43,607 bases of DNA from a virus (lineage: Duplodnaviria; Caudoviricetes), in IMG/VR virus record IMGVR_UViG_3300024051_000006, positions 1-43,607 of that record; one strand, given 5' to 3'. The position numbers and the translations under genes are program-made. Position 1 is the stretch's first letter; every line of letters begins with the position of its first letter. Shown here piece after piece: positions 8,794-18,661 of the stretch. Below the pieces are notes generated by a model. It had not been told where the DNA came from. It searched no databases and worked only from the letters and a program-made list of their open reading frames with translations.

Positions 8794-9656
8794 TCGACCC
8801 CACCTGCATCCACACCTGGACCCCCGACGCCGACGCCTACGCCTGCTCGTCGTGCGACGCGACCTCGGCCGCATGTGTCGCGCACGACGGCCCGACCGGA
8901 TCGAGCCTGCTCATCTGCGAGGGCTGCATCGCCCGCGAGCGCACCGTGCTCGACGTCATCGACCTGCACCTGGACCAGTGGGACGAGCGCGACCGCAACC
9001 GGGGTCGCTCGCCGGCGGCCTTCACGCTCGTGCCCATGGCTCAGGCGCGCGAGGACGGCGAGGGCGGGCCCGAGGACATCCACGCCGCGCTGCTCGGCTG
9101 GGTAGCGCGCTGGACCGAGCACACCGGCGCGAGCGGCCAGGGCGCGAGCGACTACCTGCGCGGGCACATCATGTGGGCCGCGCACAACCGTGAGGCGAGC
9201 TCGTGGGAGGAGTACCGGCGATCCGTGCGCAGCATCCGTGCCGCCGCGCGCTCGCTCGTCGGCCTCGCCCCCGAGCGGCTGGCGGACCGCTGCCCGCACT
9301 GCCGCGCGCTCGTCGTGCGCGACCGCTGCGACGCCGAGGGCAGGCCGCACCCGGACGGGCTGCAGGACGAGCCGAGGTGCGTCGGCTGCGGCACCGTGTG
9401 GCCGAACGTCGAGAGGTTCACCCTCGCCGTGCACGAGCGCATCGAGACGCTGCCCGAGGACATGCCCGACACGTGGGTGACGCTCGCGGAGGCCAAGCGG
9501 TTCTTCCCGGACGTGCCCGCCGTGTCGTGGCGGGTGTGGCGCTTCCGGGGTCGGCTGCGGGCGCAGGACGGCTACTACCGGCTGGGCGACGTCGTCGCGC
9601 TCGTCAACACGCGGACGACGGTTAGCGTCTCGCGGCCGATGTCTGCTACGGTGTAA
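8790..9656 (+). CDS. Zn-ribbon/HTH protein, putative late-gene regulator
   Basis: Multiple CxxC, CPHC...CVGCGTVW, C-terminal winged-HTH-like segment (YYRLGDVVAL); last gene before the packaging module. Confidence 0.6.
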   Translation: MIDPTCIHTWTPDADAYACSSCDATSAACVAHDGPTGSSLLICEGCIARERTVLDVIDLHLDQWDERDRNRGRSPAAFTLVPMAQAREDGEGGPEDIHAALLGWVARWTEHTGASGQGASDYLRGHIMWAAHNREASSWEEYRRSVRSIRAAARSLVGLAPERLADRCPHCRALVVRDRCDAEGRPHPDGLQDEPRCVGCGTVWPNVERFTLAVHERIETLPEDMPDTWVTLAEAKRFFPDVPAVSWRVWRFRGRLRAQDGYYRLGDVVALVNTRTTVSVSRPMSATV

Positions 9657-9902
9657 CGCATCCGGGTGCTTCGTGCACCCAAAAACAGGCCCCGACGTCA
9701 CAGGCGCGGGGCCTTCGTCGCGTCCAGGGCCGGATGCGACTCGGCGTCAACGCGGGCCGGGACCGCGAACACATCCCGCGAAGGCCGGCTGAGGGGCCTA
9801 CCCCGGTGATTCTCCCCCTTGCAGCGCCGCGACCTGCGCCACCACTCGGCGGACCCCCTGACCGCCACACGCTCGCCCCGACCGCTGCGCGGGGCGAGCA
9901 CC

Positions 9903-9980
9903 GGACAGCGTGAGCGATGGACGCTCAGGCGGCTGTAAACCGCCCGCTCCGGCACCCTGGTTCGATTCCAGGGCTGTCCA
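9903..9980 (+). tRNA. tRNA-Tyr(GTA), atypical, no encoded CCA
   Basis: Acceptor GGACAGC/GCTGTCC plus A discriminator; D stem GAGC/GCTC; anticodon GGCGG-CTGTAAA-CCGCC; 11-nt variable region; T arm CCTGG-TTCGATT-CCAGG. Confidence 0.8.
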
Positions 9981-10235
9981 CGAGACCCCCGCGTTCTAGG
10001 CCGTGGGGCGTCGTCTACTCCCCTCGTCACGGCCCGGACCGTCGACCAACACTCGCCGCGCATGCGACCGACGAGAGCCGTCGTGACGAGGGGGCACGAG
10101 CTCGACGAACACCTGAGGGCAGGGGCCCACCCCCCCTACCCGGGTACGTTCGAGACCGCGGGGTTCTGCTGATTTCCGGACGTACAGGTTCGGGCGCTTT
10201 CCAGTGGTGGCCATTCCCGAGCGTGGAGGTGCCCG

Positions 10236-10562
10236 ATGCCCCGCGCCCCGAAGGCCTGCGGCCGCCTCGGTTGCGAGGCCCGCGTGTCCGGTCGCACCTA
10301 CTGCGACGAGCACGCCCGCAGGCCGCTCTCCCCGTCTGCTCGCGCGGCCCGTGATCCCGACGAGCGTGCGCGTCGCCTCGAGGCCGTGACTGCATGGGTT
10401 GCCGCGAACGGCTGGGTCTGCCCCGGCTGGGGGCGCGCGGCGCACGAGTCGCACGACCTGACCGCCGCGCACTCGATGGCCGTCGCGCTCGGCGGCGTCG
10501 GCTCGCACCTCTCCGTCCTTTGTCGCAGCTGCAATAGCCGCCAGGGCACCGCCCCGTCCTGA
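10236..10562 (+). CDS. HNH endonuclease (packaging-associated)
   Basis: MPRAPKAC...GC...YCDEH N-terminus; LTAAH...GG...LSVLCRSCNSRQG; sits just upstream of terminase. Confidence 0.85.
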   Translation: MPRAPKACGRLGCEARVSGRTYCDEHARRPLSPSARAARDPDERARRLEAVTAWVAANGWVCPGWGRAAHESHDLTAAHSMAVALGGVGSHLSVLCRSCNSRQGTAPS

Positions 10563-10611
10563 CCTCCGACATGGCGTCGGGACACCTCGTCTCCGACATG
10601 GAGGTCACGTC

Positions 10612-11226
10612 ATGCCTGGTCCCGCACCGAAGCACCCGAGCGTGCGCGCCCGGAGGAATAACCCCAAGGCTGGGTTCCGCATGCTCCCGGCGGACGGCCG
10701 GGTCGGCGCAAAGGTCCCGCCATGGCCGCTGCAGCCAGACGTCGAGAAGCAGGCAGCGTTTGAACTCGCGCGCGATCGCGTCGCGGCTCTGCAGGTTGAG
10801 GTCGAGGAGGCTGAGGACGGCCGCACCAAGGGTCGCCTGCGCCGCGATCTGAACAAGAACGAGATGCTCGTGGCGACGCTCGGCCTGCAGATCGAGCAGG
10901 CGCGCGACGCCGAGGTGGCGCTCTGGGCCGACCTCTGGGCGATGCCCCAGGCGGCAATCTGGGAGGAGTCCCACGCCGGCCGCGAGGTCGCGCAGTACGT
11001 CCGCTGGAAGATCCGCGCTGAGCAGGGCGACCTCAAGGCCGCCACCGAGGCGCGCATGCTCTCCGATCGCCTCGGCCTGAACCCGAAGGCCCTCATGTCG
11101 CTGCGCGCGGAGATCGAGCGCGCTGGCGAGGCCGAGGAGCGCGGCGAGCGCCGTCGCGAGGCGCGCAAGCAGAAGCCTCGCTCCGGCGACGACCCGCGCG
11201 GCGGCCTGTACGCGGTCCCGTCCTGA
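10612..11226 (+). CDS. terS: Terminase small subunit
   Basis: MPGPAPK...RARRN, LWAMPQAAIW, DRLGLNPKALMSLR; position. Confidence 0.85.
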   Translation: MPGPAPKHPSVRARRNNPKAGFRMLPADGRVGAKVPPWPLQPDVEKQAAFELARDRVAALQVEVEEAEDGRTKGRLRRDLNKNEMLVATLGLQIEQARDAEVALWADLWAMPQAAIWEESHAGREVAQYVRWKIRAEQGDLKAATEARMLSDRLGLNPKALMSLRAEIERAGEAEERGERRREARKQKPRSGDDPRGGLYAVPS

Positions 11227-12887
11227 TGGGACTGCTGGTCGTCCCTGGGCCCGACGTTGAGCCATGGCCGACGATCGGTGCTGAGGTCTGCGACTTCATC
11301 GAGGAGCGCGCGGTCTACGGCCCGGGATCGCTGCAAGGCCAGCCCTACGTCATCGATCCCGAGTTCCGCGCGTTCATCTACCGGCTCTTCGAGGTGTACC
11401 CGCAGGGGCATCCATGGGCCGGGCGGAGGCGCTTCAAGCGCGGCGGCCTCTCGGTCCGCAAGGGTCTGGCCAAGACGGAGAAGGAAGCGCTGCTCGTCTA
11501 CGCGCACATCCACCCCGAGGGCCCGGGGAAGTGCGACGGCTTCGACGCCTCCGGCAACCCTGTCGCTGCGCCGGTCATGTCGCCCTACGTGCCGATGCTC
11601 GCGTTCTCACTCGATCAGGTCGAGGAGCTCGCCTACGGGGCGCTCAAGTACGTCATCGAGAACGGGCCGGACTCCGATCTGTTCGACGTGTCACTCGAGC
11701 GCGCGCTCCGGCTCGACGAGTGGGGGCGCGCAGATGGCGGCGCGTGGCCGCTCGCGAACGCACCCGACTCGCGCGACGGCGGCCGCACGACGCTGAACGC
11801 GTTCGACGAGCCCCACCGCCTCCACCTCCCCCGGCACCTCAAGGCGCACGAGACCATGGCGGCCAACCTCGCCAAGCGCCCTCTCGAGGACCCGTGGTCG
11901 CTGTACGTCGGCACCGCGGGCGAGCTCGGCCAGGGGTCCGTCGCGGAGAATCTGCACACCGAGGCCGAGGCGATTCGGGACGGCAAGATCGACCGCCCGG
12001 ACCTCTTCTACCTATACCGCACGGACGACGGCGGCCACGACCTCGAGGTGAAGGCCGAGCGGATCAAGGCTGTCGCCGAGGCGACCGGCCCCGCCGGCGA
12101 GTGGGGCCCGGGGCAGTTCGACGACATTGCCTCCCAGTGGGACCGCCCCGGCGTCGACAAGGCATACCTCGAGCGCGTGTGGCTGAACCGCTGGGTGAAG
12201 TCCGGCCAGCAGGCGTTCGACGTCAAGCGCTGGGCCGACCTCAAGCACGTCGGCGGCGACACCGAGGCCCCGCTGCGCGGGCGCATCCCCGCGGGCGCGC
12301 CGGTCGCGGTCGGCTTCGACGGTGCGCGACGCCGCGACGCCACGGCCTTCGTCATCACCGACCTGCTCACGGGCACGCAGGAGATCGCTGGCCTGTGGGA
12401 GAAGGATCTTGACGACGACGACTGGGAAGTGCCCGAGCCAGAGGTCGACCAGACAGTCGAGCACATCTTCTCGCGCTACAACGTCTGGCGCATGTACGGC
12501 GACCCGCCGTACTGGGTCACCGAGATGGGAATCTGGGCCGGTCGACACAAGGGCCTCGTCGAGGAGTGGTGGACGAACCACTACAAAAAGACGGCCTATG
12601 CGATCCGCGCCTACCAGGAAGCGATCGCCTCAGGTGCTGTCGGCTGGACCGCCTCGGACCCGTGCGCGCCCGACTTCGCCCGCCACATCGCTGCGGCCGG
12701 GCAGGTCAAGCTCAAGAACATCGTCGACGAGGACGGCCAGTCGCTGTACATCCTCGGGAAGATCCACCCCGACCGAAAGTTCGACGCCGCGATGGCGGCC
12801 ATGATCTCGTGGCAGGCCTACCTCGACGGCGTGAAGTCTGGCCAGGCCAAGGCTCACATCCCCGCCCGCCCCAGACGCATCAGGTGA
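11226..12887 (+). CDS. terL: Terminase large subunit
   Basis: RKGLAKTE Walker A variant, AFDEPH Walker B, GFDG..RRDAT nuclease motif, KFDAAMA. Confidence 0.93.
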   Translation: MGLLVVPGPDVEPWPTIGAEVCDFIEERAVYGPGSLQGQPYVIDPEFRAFIYRLFEVYPQGHPWAGRRRFKRGGLSVRKGLAKTEKEALLVYAHIHPEGPGKCDGFDASGNPVAAPVMSPYVPMLAFSLDQVEELAYGALKYVIENGPDSDLFDVSLERALRLDEWGRADGGAWPLANAPDSRDGGRTTLNAFDEPHRLHLPRHLKAHETMAANLAKRPLEDPWSLYVGTAGELGQGSVAENLHTEAEAIRDGKIDRPDLFYLYRTDDGGHDLEVKAERIKAVAEATGPAGEWGPGQFDDIASQWDRPGVDKAYLERVWLNRWVKSGQQAFDVKRWADLKHVGGDTEAPLRGRIPAGAPVAVGFDGARRRDATAFVITDLLTGTQEIAGLWEKDLDDDDWEVPEPEVDQTVEHIFSRYNVWRMYGDPPYWVTEMGIWAGRHKGLVEEWWTNHYKKTAYAIRAYQEAIASGAVGWTASDPCAPDFARHIAAAGQVKLKNIVDEDGQSLYILGKIHPDRKFDAAMAAMISWQAYLDGVKSGQAKAHIPARPRRIR

Positions 12888-12898
12888 GAGGAGGCGGC

Positions 12899-14479
12899 GT
12901 GAGCATCGACGTCGAAACCGTTCGGAGCCCAGGCTGGTGGCTGCAGCGGCTCGCTCGCAAGCAGGATGCACGCGCGGCCGAGCTCAAGGACCTCTTCGCT
13001 CGGTACGAGGGCAACGCTCCCGTCCCGACATCGCTGCGTGACGCTCCAGACTCGGCCAAGCGCTTCTTCAAGGCCTCGCGCACCGCGTTTGCCGAGATGA
13101 TCGTGAAGTCCGTGAAGTACCCGCTGCGGCTGCAGGGCGTCTCGACGCCTGCCGATGCCGGCGAAGGCGGCGATCCCGAGGCGTGGCGCATGGTCGTCCG
13201 CTCGGGCATGCGCATGGAGGGTGACGACGCGATCCGACTCGCACTCACGGCGGGCAGCGGCTATGCGATCGTCGCGATGCATGACGATGCCCCTCGATAC
13301 ACCGCCGAGGATCCCCGGCAGGTTGTGACAATCCACGACCCGGTCGTCCAGGCGAAGGTCCTCGCAGCTGCAAAGTTCTTCCACCACGACGTCGACGAGC
13401 GCGCCTACGCGTACCTCTACCTCCCCGGGCGAGTCTGGCGTGCGTTCACGAAGCGCAAGCGCCCCAACGGGGCCCGGTTCTCCGCCGCATGGGACTGGGA
13501 CCCCGAGTTTGGCGGCGAGCTCGGCCAGCCGCTCCCTGAGGGCTGCGAGGACCTGCTCCCCGTGTTCCGGTATCGCTCCGAGGAGGGCGTCGGAGAGTTC
13601 CAGCGCCACCGCGACCTGCTCGACCGACTCGACCACATGGTCCTGCAGGGCATGTCGATCGCGACCTACCAGGCGTTCAAGCAGCGCGCGCTCAAGATCG
13701 ACCCCGAGGACCTGCCGCAGGAGGACCCCGAGACGGGTCAGAAGATCGACTACGACGAGGTGTTCTCGTCGGACCCGGGCGCGCTGTGGATCCTGCCTCC
13801 GACCGCCGAGCTCTGGGAGTCGGGCGCGATCGACCTTACCCCGGTGTGGACAGGGATGGAGAAGTTCACACAGCAGCTCTCGGCCGTAACATTCACGCCG
13901 CTGGCGATGTTCTCGCCTGAGGGTCAGAATCAGTCCGCCGCTGGCTCGGCGTTCGCCCGCGAGGGTCGCACGTTCAAGATCGAGGATCGCCAGGACCGCT
14001 TCGGCGAGACGCACGCTCAGGCGCTCGCGGCGATGTTCCGCATGGTCGGCGACGACGAGCGCTCGCACTTCGAGGACCTCGACATCATCTGGCGGCCAGC
14101 CGAGCGCTACTCGCTCGCGGAGAAGGCCGACGCGGCCGTGAAGGCCAAGACGGCCGGGCTCCCGTGGAAAACCATCGCGCGCGACGTCTGGCAGTACTCG
14201 CCGCAGCAGATCGCGCGCATGGAGTCTGAGCGCGCGGACGACATGTTCCTCGCGGCCGCGCTCGCCGGCGACGACGAGCAGGGCGCGGCTGAGCCTGCTG
14301 CAGCGCCCGGGGGGGGCACGACCGTGGAGAGTCCCGCTGACGCGAAGATGCGCGCCGACACGCTCGGCGTGCTGCGACGCTCGGGCGTCGAGGCGAGCCA
14401 GGCGGCCGAGATCGCGGGCTACTCGGGGATGCGGTTCACCGCTGACCCGGTGGCTCTGCGGGAGCCGACGCAGTCGTGA
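12899..14479 (+). CDS. Portal protein
   Basis: Follows terL; YEGNAP, GEFQRHRDLLDRLDH, YQAFKQRA pattern. Confidence 0.9.
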   Translation: MSIDVETVRSPGWWLQRLARKQDARAAELKDLFARYEGNAPVPTSLRDAPDSAKRFFKASRTAFAEMIVKSVKYPLRLQGVSTPADAGEGGDPEAWRMVVRSGMRMEGDDAIRLALTAGSGYAIVAMHDDAPRYTAEDPRQVVTIHDPVVQAKVLAAAKFFHHDVDERAYAYLYLPGRVWRAFTKRKRPNGARFSAAWDWDPEFGGELGQPLPEGCEDLLPVFRYRSEEGVGEFQRHRDLLDRLDHMVLQGMSIATYQAFKQRALKIDPEDLPQEDPETGQKIDYDEVFSSDPGALWILPPTAELWESGAIDLTPVWTGMEKFTQQLSAVTFTPLAMFSPEGQNQSAAGSAFAREGRTFKIEDRQDRFGETHAQALAAMFRMVGDDERSHFEDLDIIWRPAERYSLAEKADAAVKAKTAGLPWKTIARDVWQYSPQQIARMESERADDMFLAAALAGDDEQGAAEPAAAPGGGTTVESPADAKMRADTLGVLRRSGVEASQAAEIAGYSGMRFTADPVALREPTQS

Positions 14480-15270
14480 ACGTCGAGCAGGCGACCCGTC
14501 TCGTCGATGCCGAGAGTGCCGCCCAGGCGCGGATCGAGCGGCGTGCTGCGGCGAGCGTCGCATCGACAGTCGGAGCGGTCGAGTCTTGGTACGCGCCTGC
14601 CGACGTCCGCGCGCTGTCTCGGCAGGTCGGAGAGATCGCGCGCTCATCCTCGCTCGCCGCAGCCGGGGCCACAGACGCCTACCTCGTGCGCATGCTGTCG
14701 TCGATGCTCGACGCCCCCGCGAAGAGCGTTGGCGTCCTCGACCTCTCCCGTCCGCTGCGATCCGGGGTGGCGTCCTACGAGCAGATCTACGAGCGCGTGG
14801 CGCAGACGGTGCGCTACTACGAGTCGACCGGCCTCTCGCGTGCCGAGGCCGTCGCGCGCGCCGCTGAGCGCGCCGACGCGATGATCCGCACCGACCTCGC
14901 GCTCGCGCGACGCGCTCAGGCCCGCCGCGTGTACTCGGCGACTCCGGCCGTCACGGGATACCGGCGCGTCATCCGTCCCGAGCTCTCGACGACTGGTGTC
15001 TGCGGGCTGTGTGTCGCTGCCGCTGATCGCACCTACTCGCGTGCAGACCTGCTCCCGATCCACGACCGGTGCCGCTGCACGACGATGCCGATCATCCGCG
15101 GCCTGGACCTCGGCCTGGCCGTCGACGAGGGCCTGCTCCGCGCCGTGTACGCCGAGTCCGACTCGACGTCGGGTCGTGACCTCAAGCGGGTCCGGGTCCG
15201 CATCGAGCAGCACGGCGAGCTCGGCCCGATCCTCGTGAACGCGGCGCACCGCACCCGCGCCACCGCCTGA
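14476..15270 (+). CDS. Minor capsid / capsid maturation protein (MuF-like)
   Basis: GYRRVIRPE...CGLC...PIHDRCRC motif. Confidence 0.8.
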   Translation: MNVEQATRLVDAESAAQARIERRAAASVASTVGAVESWYAPADVRALSRQVGEIARSSSLAAAGATDAYLVRMLSSMLDAPAKSVGVLDLSRPLRSGVASYEQIYERVAQTVRYYESTGLSRAEAVARAAERADAMIRTDLALARRAQARRVYSATPAVTGYRRVIRPELSTTGVCGLCVAAADRTYSRADLLPIHDRCRCTTMPIIRGLDLGLAVDEGLLRAVYAESDSTSGRDLKRVRVRIEQHGELGPILVNAAHRTRATA

Positions 15271-15315
15271 CCGCCAGCCCGGCACGGGCTGACCGACCTC
15301 CGACAGGGAGACCTC

Positions 15316-15999
15316 ATGAGCACGAGCATGTACCGCCCCGCTACCGACACCATCGACCCGGCCGCCCCTGGCGGCATCGAGGCGATGCTCGCCTTCCACC
15401 GCGCCGCGTTCGGCGACGCCCGCATGGAGGTGGGCGACGGCGACGACGGCGAGGCTCCGGGCGACGAGCCCAAGGTCAACGAGCACGGCTTCCCCGACGC
15501 GACGCCCGTCAAGGACATGACCGAAGGGCAGCAGGCTGCGTACTGGAAGCACCAGGCGCGCAAGCACGAGGACCGCGTCAAGGCGATGGGCGACTATGAC
15601 GCGCTCAAGACCGAGCGTGACGCGCTCAAGGCGAAGCACCTCACGGACGACGAGAAGGCGCTCGACGCTGCGACCGCCAGCGCTGCCGAGAAGGCGCGCT
15701 CCGAGGTGCGCAGCGAGTACGCCGCCCGCCTCGTCGCCGCGGAGTTCCGCGCCGCCAACTCCGGCCGCATCCCGGCCGAGAAGCTCGCAACCGTCCTCGA
15801 CGGTATCGAGCCCACGAAGTTCCTCACCGCAGACGGTGAGGTCGACACCGACAAGGTGCAGGCGTTCGTCGACGGCATCGCGCCGACGAAGAGCGACAAG
15901 TGGCCCGACATGGGCCAGGGACGACGCAAGCAGAGCGAGGCGAAGAGCGTGGCCGCGGGCCGCGACCTCTACAGCACGCAGCACGCGAAGAAGTCCTGA
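15316..15999 (+). CDS. Scaffolding protein
   Basis: YWKHQARKHE, coiled coil, DGEVDTDKV; position. Confidence 0.85.
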   Translation: MSTSMYRPATDTIDPAAPGGIEAMLAFHRAAFGDARMEVGDGDDGEAPGDEPKVNEHGFPDATPVKDMTEGQQAAYWKHQARKHEDRVKAMGDYDALKTERDALKAKHLTDDEKALDAATASAAEKARSEVRSEYAARLVAAEFRAANSGRIPAEKLATVLDGIEPTKFLTADGEVDTDKVQAFVDGIAPTKSDKWPDMGQGRRKQSEAKSVAAGRDLYSTQHAKKS

Positions 16000-16030
16000 C
16001 CCACCCACCACAGCACGGAAGGAAACCACC

Positions 16031-16417
16031 ATGCCGCGTCTCAAGACCGAGACCTTCGGTGGCGGAGACCAGTCCTGGCTCGGGTCCACGCACGGCATCG
16101 CCAACGCGCGCACCGAGATCCTCGACATCTCCGCGTTCACCGCGACCACGCACTACCCCAACGGCTTCATCCCCTCGGGCACGCCCGTCGCGAAGGTCGG
16201 GGGCCTCCTCGTCCCGTACGACAAGACCGAGGAGACCACCACGGCCGCCGGCATCCTCGCGGGCTTCGTCCTCACGGACCAGCCCGTCGTCGGAACTGCC
16301 GACTTCGCCGTGCCGCTCATCGACCACGGTCGCGTCCTGGTCGACAACCTGCCCACCACGTTCGTCGCCCCCGCGGCCGCCGCCAAGCGCGCCGCCACGA
16401 CGATCGTCTTCGTCTGA
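16031..16417 (+). CDS. Head decoration protein
   Basis: DQSWLGSTHG, IPSGTPV; between scaffold and major capsid. Confidence 0.8.
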   Translation: MPRLKTETFGGGDQSWLGSTHGIANARTEILDISAFTATTHYPNGFIPSGTPVAKVGGLLVPYDKTEETTTAAGILAGFVLTDQPVVGTADFAVPLIDHGRVLVDNLPTTFVAPAAAAKRAATTIVFV

Positions 16418-16430
16418 GAGGGGGAGCAAG

Positions 16431-17450
16431 ATGGCTCTCTGGACCGACATCATCGACCCGGCCACGCTCACCGGGTACGTCCGCGAGGACCTGTCCGCGA
16501 TCGAGCAGCGCCGCGGCTCCCTCGCGCGCTACCTGCCGAACCGGGTCGTCTCCGACATCGTCGTGCGCTTCATCGCCGGGCAGGCCGGCCTCGTCCCCGA
16601 GGCCGAGTTCCGCGCCTACGACGCCGAGCCCACGGTCGGCAAGCGACCGAACGCGAAGCGCACGGTGCTCGAGCTCCCCGCGATCGGGCAGAACATCCCG
16701 GTCTCGGAGTACGACCAGCTCCGCACGCGCAACGCGTCGGACGAGGCGATCCTCCGGGAGATCCTCAACACGGCCCGCCGCGTGACGCTCGCTGTCGCCG
16801 ACCGTATGGAGCGCCTGCGTGGCGTCGTGCTGTCGACCGGCGTCGCGACGATCTCCGAGATCGGCGCGGCCGACTCGTTCGGGCGCACCGGCACGCACAC
16901 GACCTCGGCGTCGCTCCTGTGGGACTCGGCCACGTCCGTCTCGCGTCTCGCGGACCTGCAGACGTGGTCGGACCGCTACGAGGCGACGAACGGCGTCGCC
17001 CCGGGTTCGATCGTCATGTCGCGCAAGGCGTTCCGCGTCCTCGCGCAGGGCGACGAGTTCAAGACGTCGCTCGTCGGCGGCGGCTCGCGCCCGGCCACGG
17101 TCGCGGACGTCAACGCGATCATCGAGGGAGCCGGCCTCCCGCCGGTCGAGGTCTACACCCGGCGCACGTCGGCGGGCCTGGTCCTGCCGGAGAAGGAGGT
17201 CCTCCTCCTGCCCGCGCCGGTCGACCCGGACGCGTGGGAGGAGACGCAGCTCGGTGCCTCGTTCTGGGGCCAGACGCTGTCCGCCTCGGAGGCCGGCTGG
17301 GGTATCGAGGAGGCCGAGCAGCCCGGCATCGTCGCGGGCGTGTACCGCAACGAGAAGCCGCCGATGATCGCCGAGGTGATCTCGGACGCGATCGGCATGC
17401 CGGTGCTCGCGAACGCCGACCTCTCGCTCAAGGCGACCGTCCTCGCGTGA
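16431..17450 (+). CDS. Major capsid protein
   Basis: AEFRAYDAE, lambda gpE-like pattern; position. Confidence 0.9.
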   Translation: MALWTDIIDPATLTGYVREDLSAIEQRRGSLARYLPNRVVSDIVVRFIAGQAGLVPEAEFRAYDAEPTVGKRPNAKRTVLELPAIGQNIPVSEYDQLRTRNASDEAILREILNTARRVTLAVADRMERLRGVVLSTGVATISEIGAADSFGRTGTHTTSASLLWDSATSVSRLADLQTWSDRYEATNGVAPGSIVMSRKAFRVLAQGDEFKTSLVGGGSRPATVADVNAIIEGAGLPPVEVYTRRTSAGLVLPEKEVLLLPAPVDPDAWEETQLGASFWGQTLSASEAGWGIEEAEQPGIVAGVYRNEKPPMIAEVISDAIGMPVLANADLSLKATVLA

Positions 17451-17455
17451 CCGAT

Positions 17456-17490
17456 CCCGTGGGGCGCGGCGCGATGCCGCGCCCCACGGG
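17456..17490 (+). terminator. Hairpin after major capsid gene
   Basis: CCCGTGGGGCGCGGC-GCGAT-GCCGCGCCCCACGGG. Confidence 0.75.
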
Positions 17491-17512
17491 GCAGCCTTGA
17501 AAGGGGCCGAGC

Positions 17513-17860
17513 ATGACGAAGATCCGCCACGACCTCGAGGGGGTCGTGTTCCCGTACACGGCAGACGGCACCCCCGCCGGCTTCCACCTGTCCGCGGGCG
17601 ACGAGGTGCCGGACGGCATCGTCGTCGGCCCGCACCTCATCGAGCCCGAGACCCCCGAGGCCAACGCTGCCGAGGAACCCGAGCCTGCGGCCGAGGCTGC
17701 GGACGACGAGCCTGAGGCCGAGTCCGCGGGCGACGAGGTGCCGGACGGCCGCGCGTCGCGACAGGTCTGGGCCGACTACGCCGACCGCATCGGCGCGGCC
17801 TACCCCGAGGGCGCGACCAAGGCCGAGATCCGTGCCGCGGTCGAGGCGCACTCGGCCTGA
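17513..17860 (+). CDS. Small acidic virion-associated protein
   Basis: Internal duplication SAGDEVPDG; C-terminal W..YA...ATKAEI motif. Confidence 0.65.
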   Translation: MTKIRHDLEGVVFPYTADGTPAGFHLSAGDEVPDGIVVGPHLIEPETPEANAAEEPEPAAEAADDEPEAESAGDEVPDGRASRQVWADYADRIGAAYPEGATKAEIRAAVEAHSA

Positions 17861-17874
17861 CCCCAGGAGGACAT

Positions 17875-18279
17875 ATGGCCACCCTGGGAGTCACGCCCGC
17901 CGACATCCGGGCCGCCGGGTTCGGCCTCGACATCCCGACCGGGGCAGCGGTCGACACGCAGATCCAGACTCTCGTCGACAAGGCCGAGGCGCGCCTCCTC
18001 GCGGCCGTTCCGTCCATCCATCGTCGCATCGCCGCCGGGACGCTCTCGGTCGCGCTCGTCGAGGGCGTCGTCGAGGACATGGTGCTGCGGGTCATCAAGA
18101 ACCCTCGCGCGCTGCGCCAGATGGGCGTGGACGACTTCCAGGCGACGATCGACACGGCGGTGTCCTCAGGTGCGCTGTATGTGACGACCGGCGAGCTCGC
18201 GCTCCTCGCGCCGCCGCCGCGCGGCGCTGTCGGCAGCGTTCGCATCGGCCTGCCGGGATGGAGGCTGCCCGGTGCGTGA
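17875..18279 (+). CDS. Head-to-tail adaptor
   Basis: MVLRVIKNP...GALYVT..ELALL; position. Confidence 0.8.
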   Translation: MATLGVTPADIRAAGFGLDIPTGAAVDTQIQTLVDKAEARLLAAVPSIHRRIAAGTLSVALVEGVVEDMVLRVIKNPRALRQMGVDDFQATIDTAVSSGALYVTTGELALLAPPPRGAVGSVRIGLPGWRLPGA

Positions 18280-18661
18280 CGTGATGCTGTTCGCTCGCCA
18301 GGCGGGCGCGACCCTCGCCGAGTCGCTGTTTGTCGACTCGGCGAGGGTCGAACGGCCGGGCACACCTGACCCGCTCACGGGGCTCCCGCCCATGACGCTC
18401 GTCTACCGCGGCGCGTGCAAGGTGCAAGAGTCGCGCGTCCCGACCGGCGTCGACCGCGAGGCCGGTGGTCGCGAGTACATCGTGCACTCGCGTCAGGTCC
18501 ACTTCCGCGTAGGCGCGTTCGACCCCGAGCCGGGGCTGGTCGTCACGATCGAGTCCGCGGCCATCGATCCGACACTCGTCGGGCGCCACTTCCGTGTGTC
18601 GCGGAAGCCCGGGAAGTCCTCGGCCACGGCGATGCGCCTCGCGGTCGAGGATCCGTCGTGA
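18272..18661 (+). CDS. Head-to-tail stopper
   Basis: VYRGACKVQ...KSSATAMRL; position. Confidence 0.75.
   Translation: MRDVMLFARQAGATLAESLFVDSARVERPGTPDPLTGLPPMTLVYRGACKVQESRVPTGVDREAGGREYIVHSRQVHFRVGAFDPEPGLVVTIESAAIDPTLVGRHFRVSRKPGKSSATAMRLAVEDPS

Noticed and set aside
10563-10601. CTCCGACATGG 11-bp direct repeat before terS
   Set aside because: Two short copies in a local hairpin/RBS context; not enough to assign a function
14309-14316. G8 tract in the portal gene as a phase-variation site
   Set aside because: The frame is intact and couples normally to the next gene; the tract lies in a low-complexity linker
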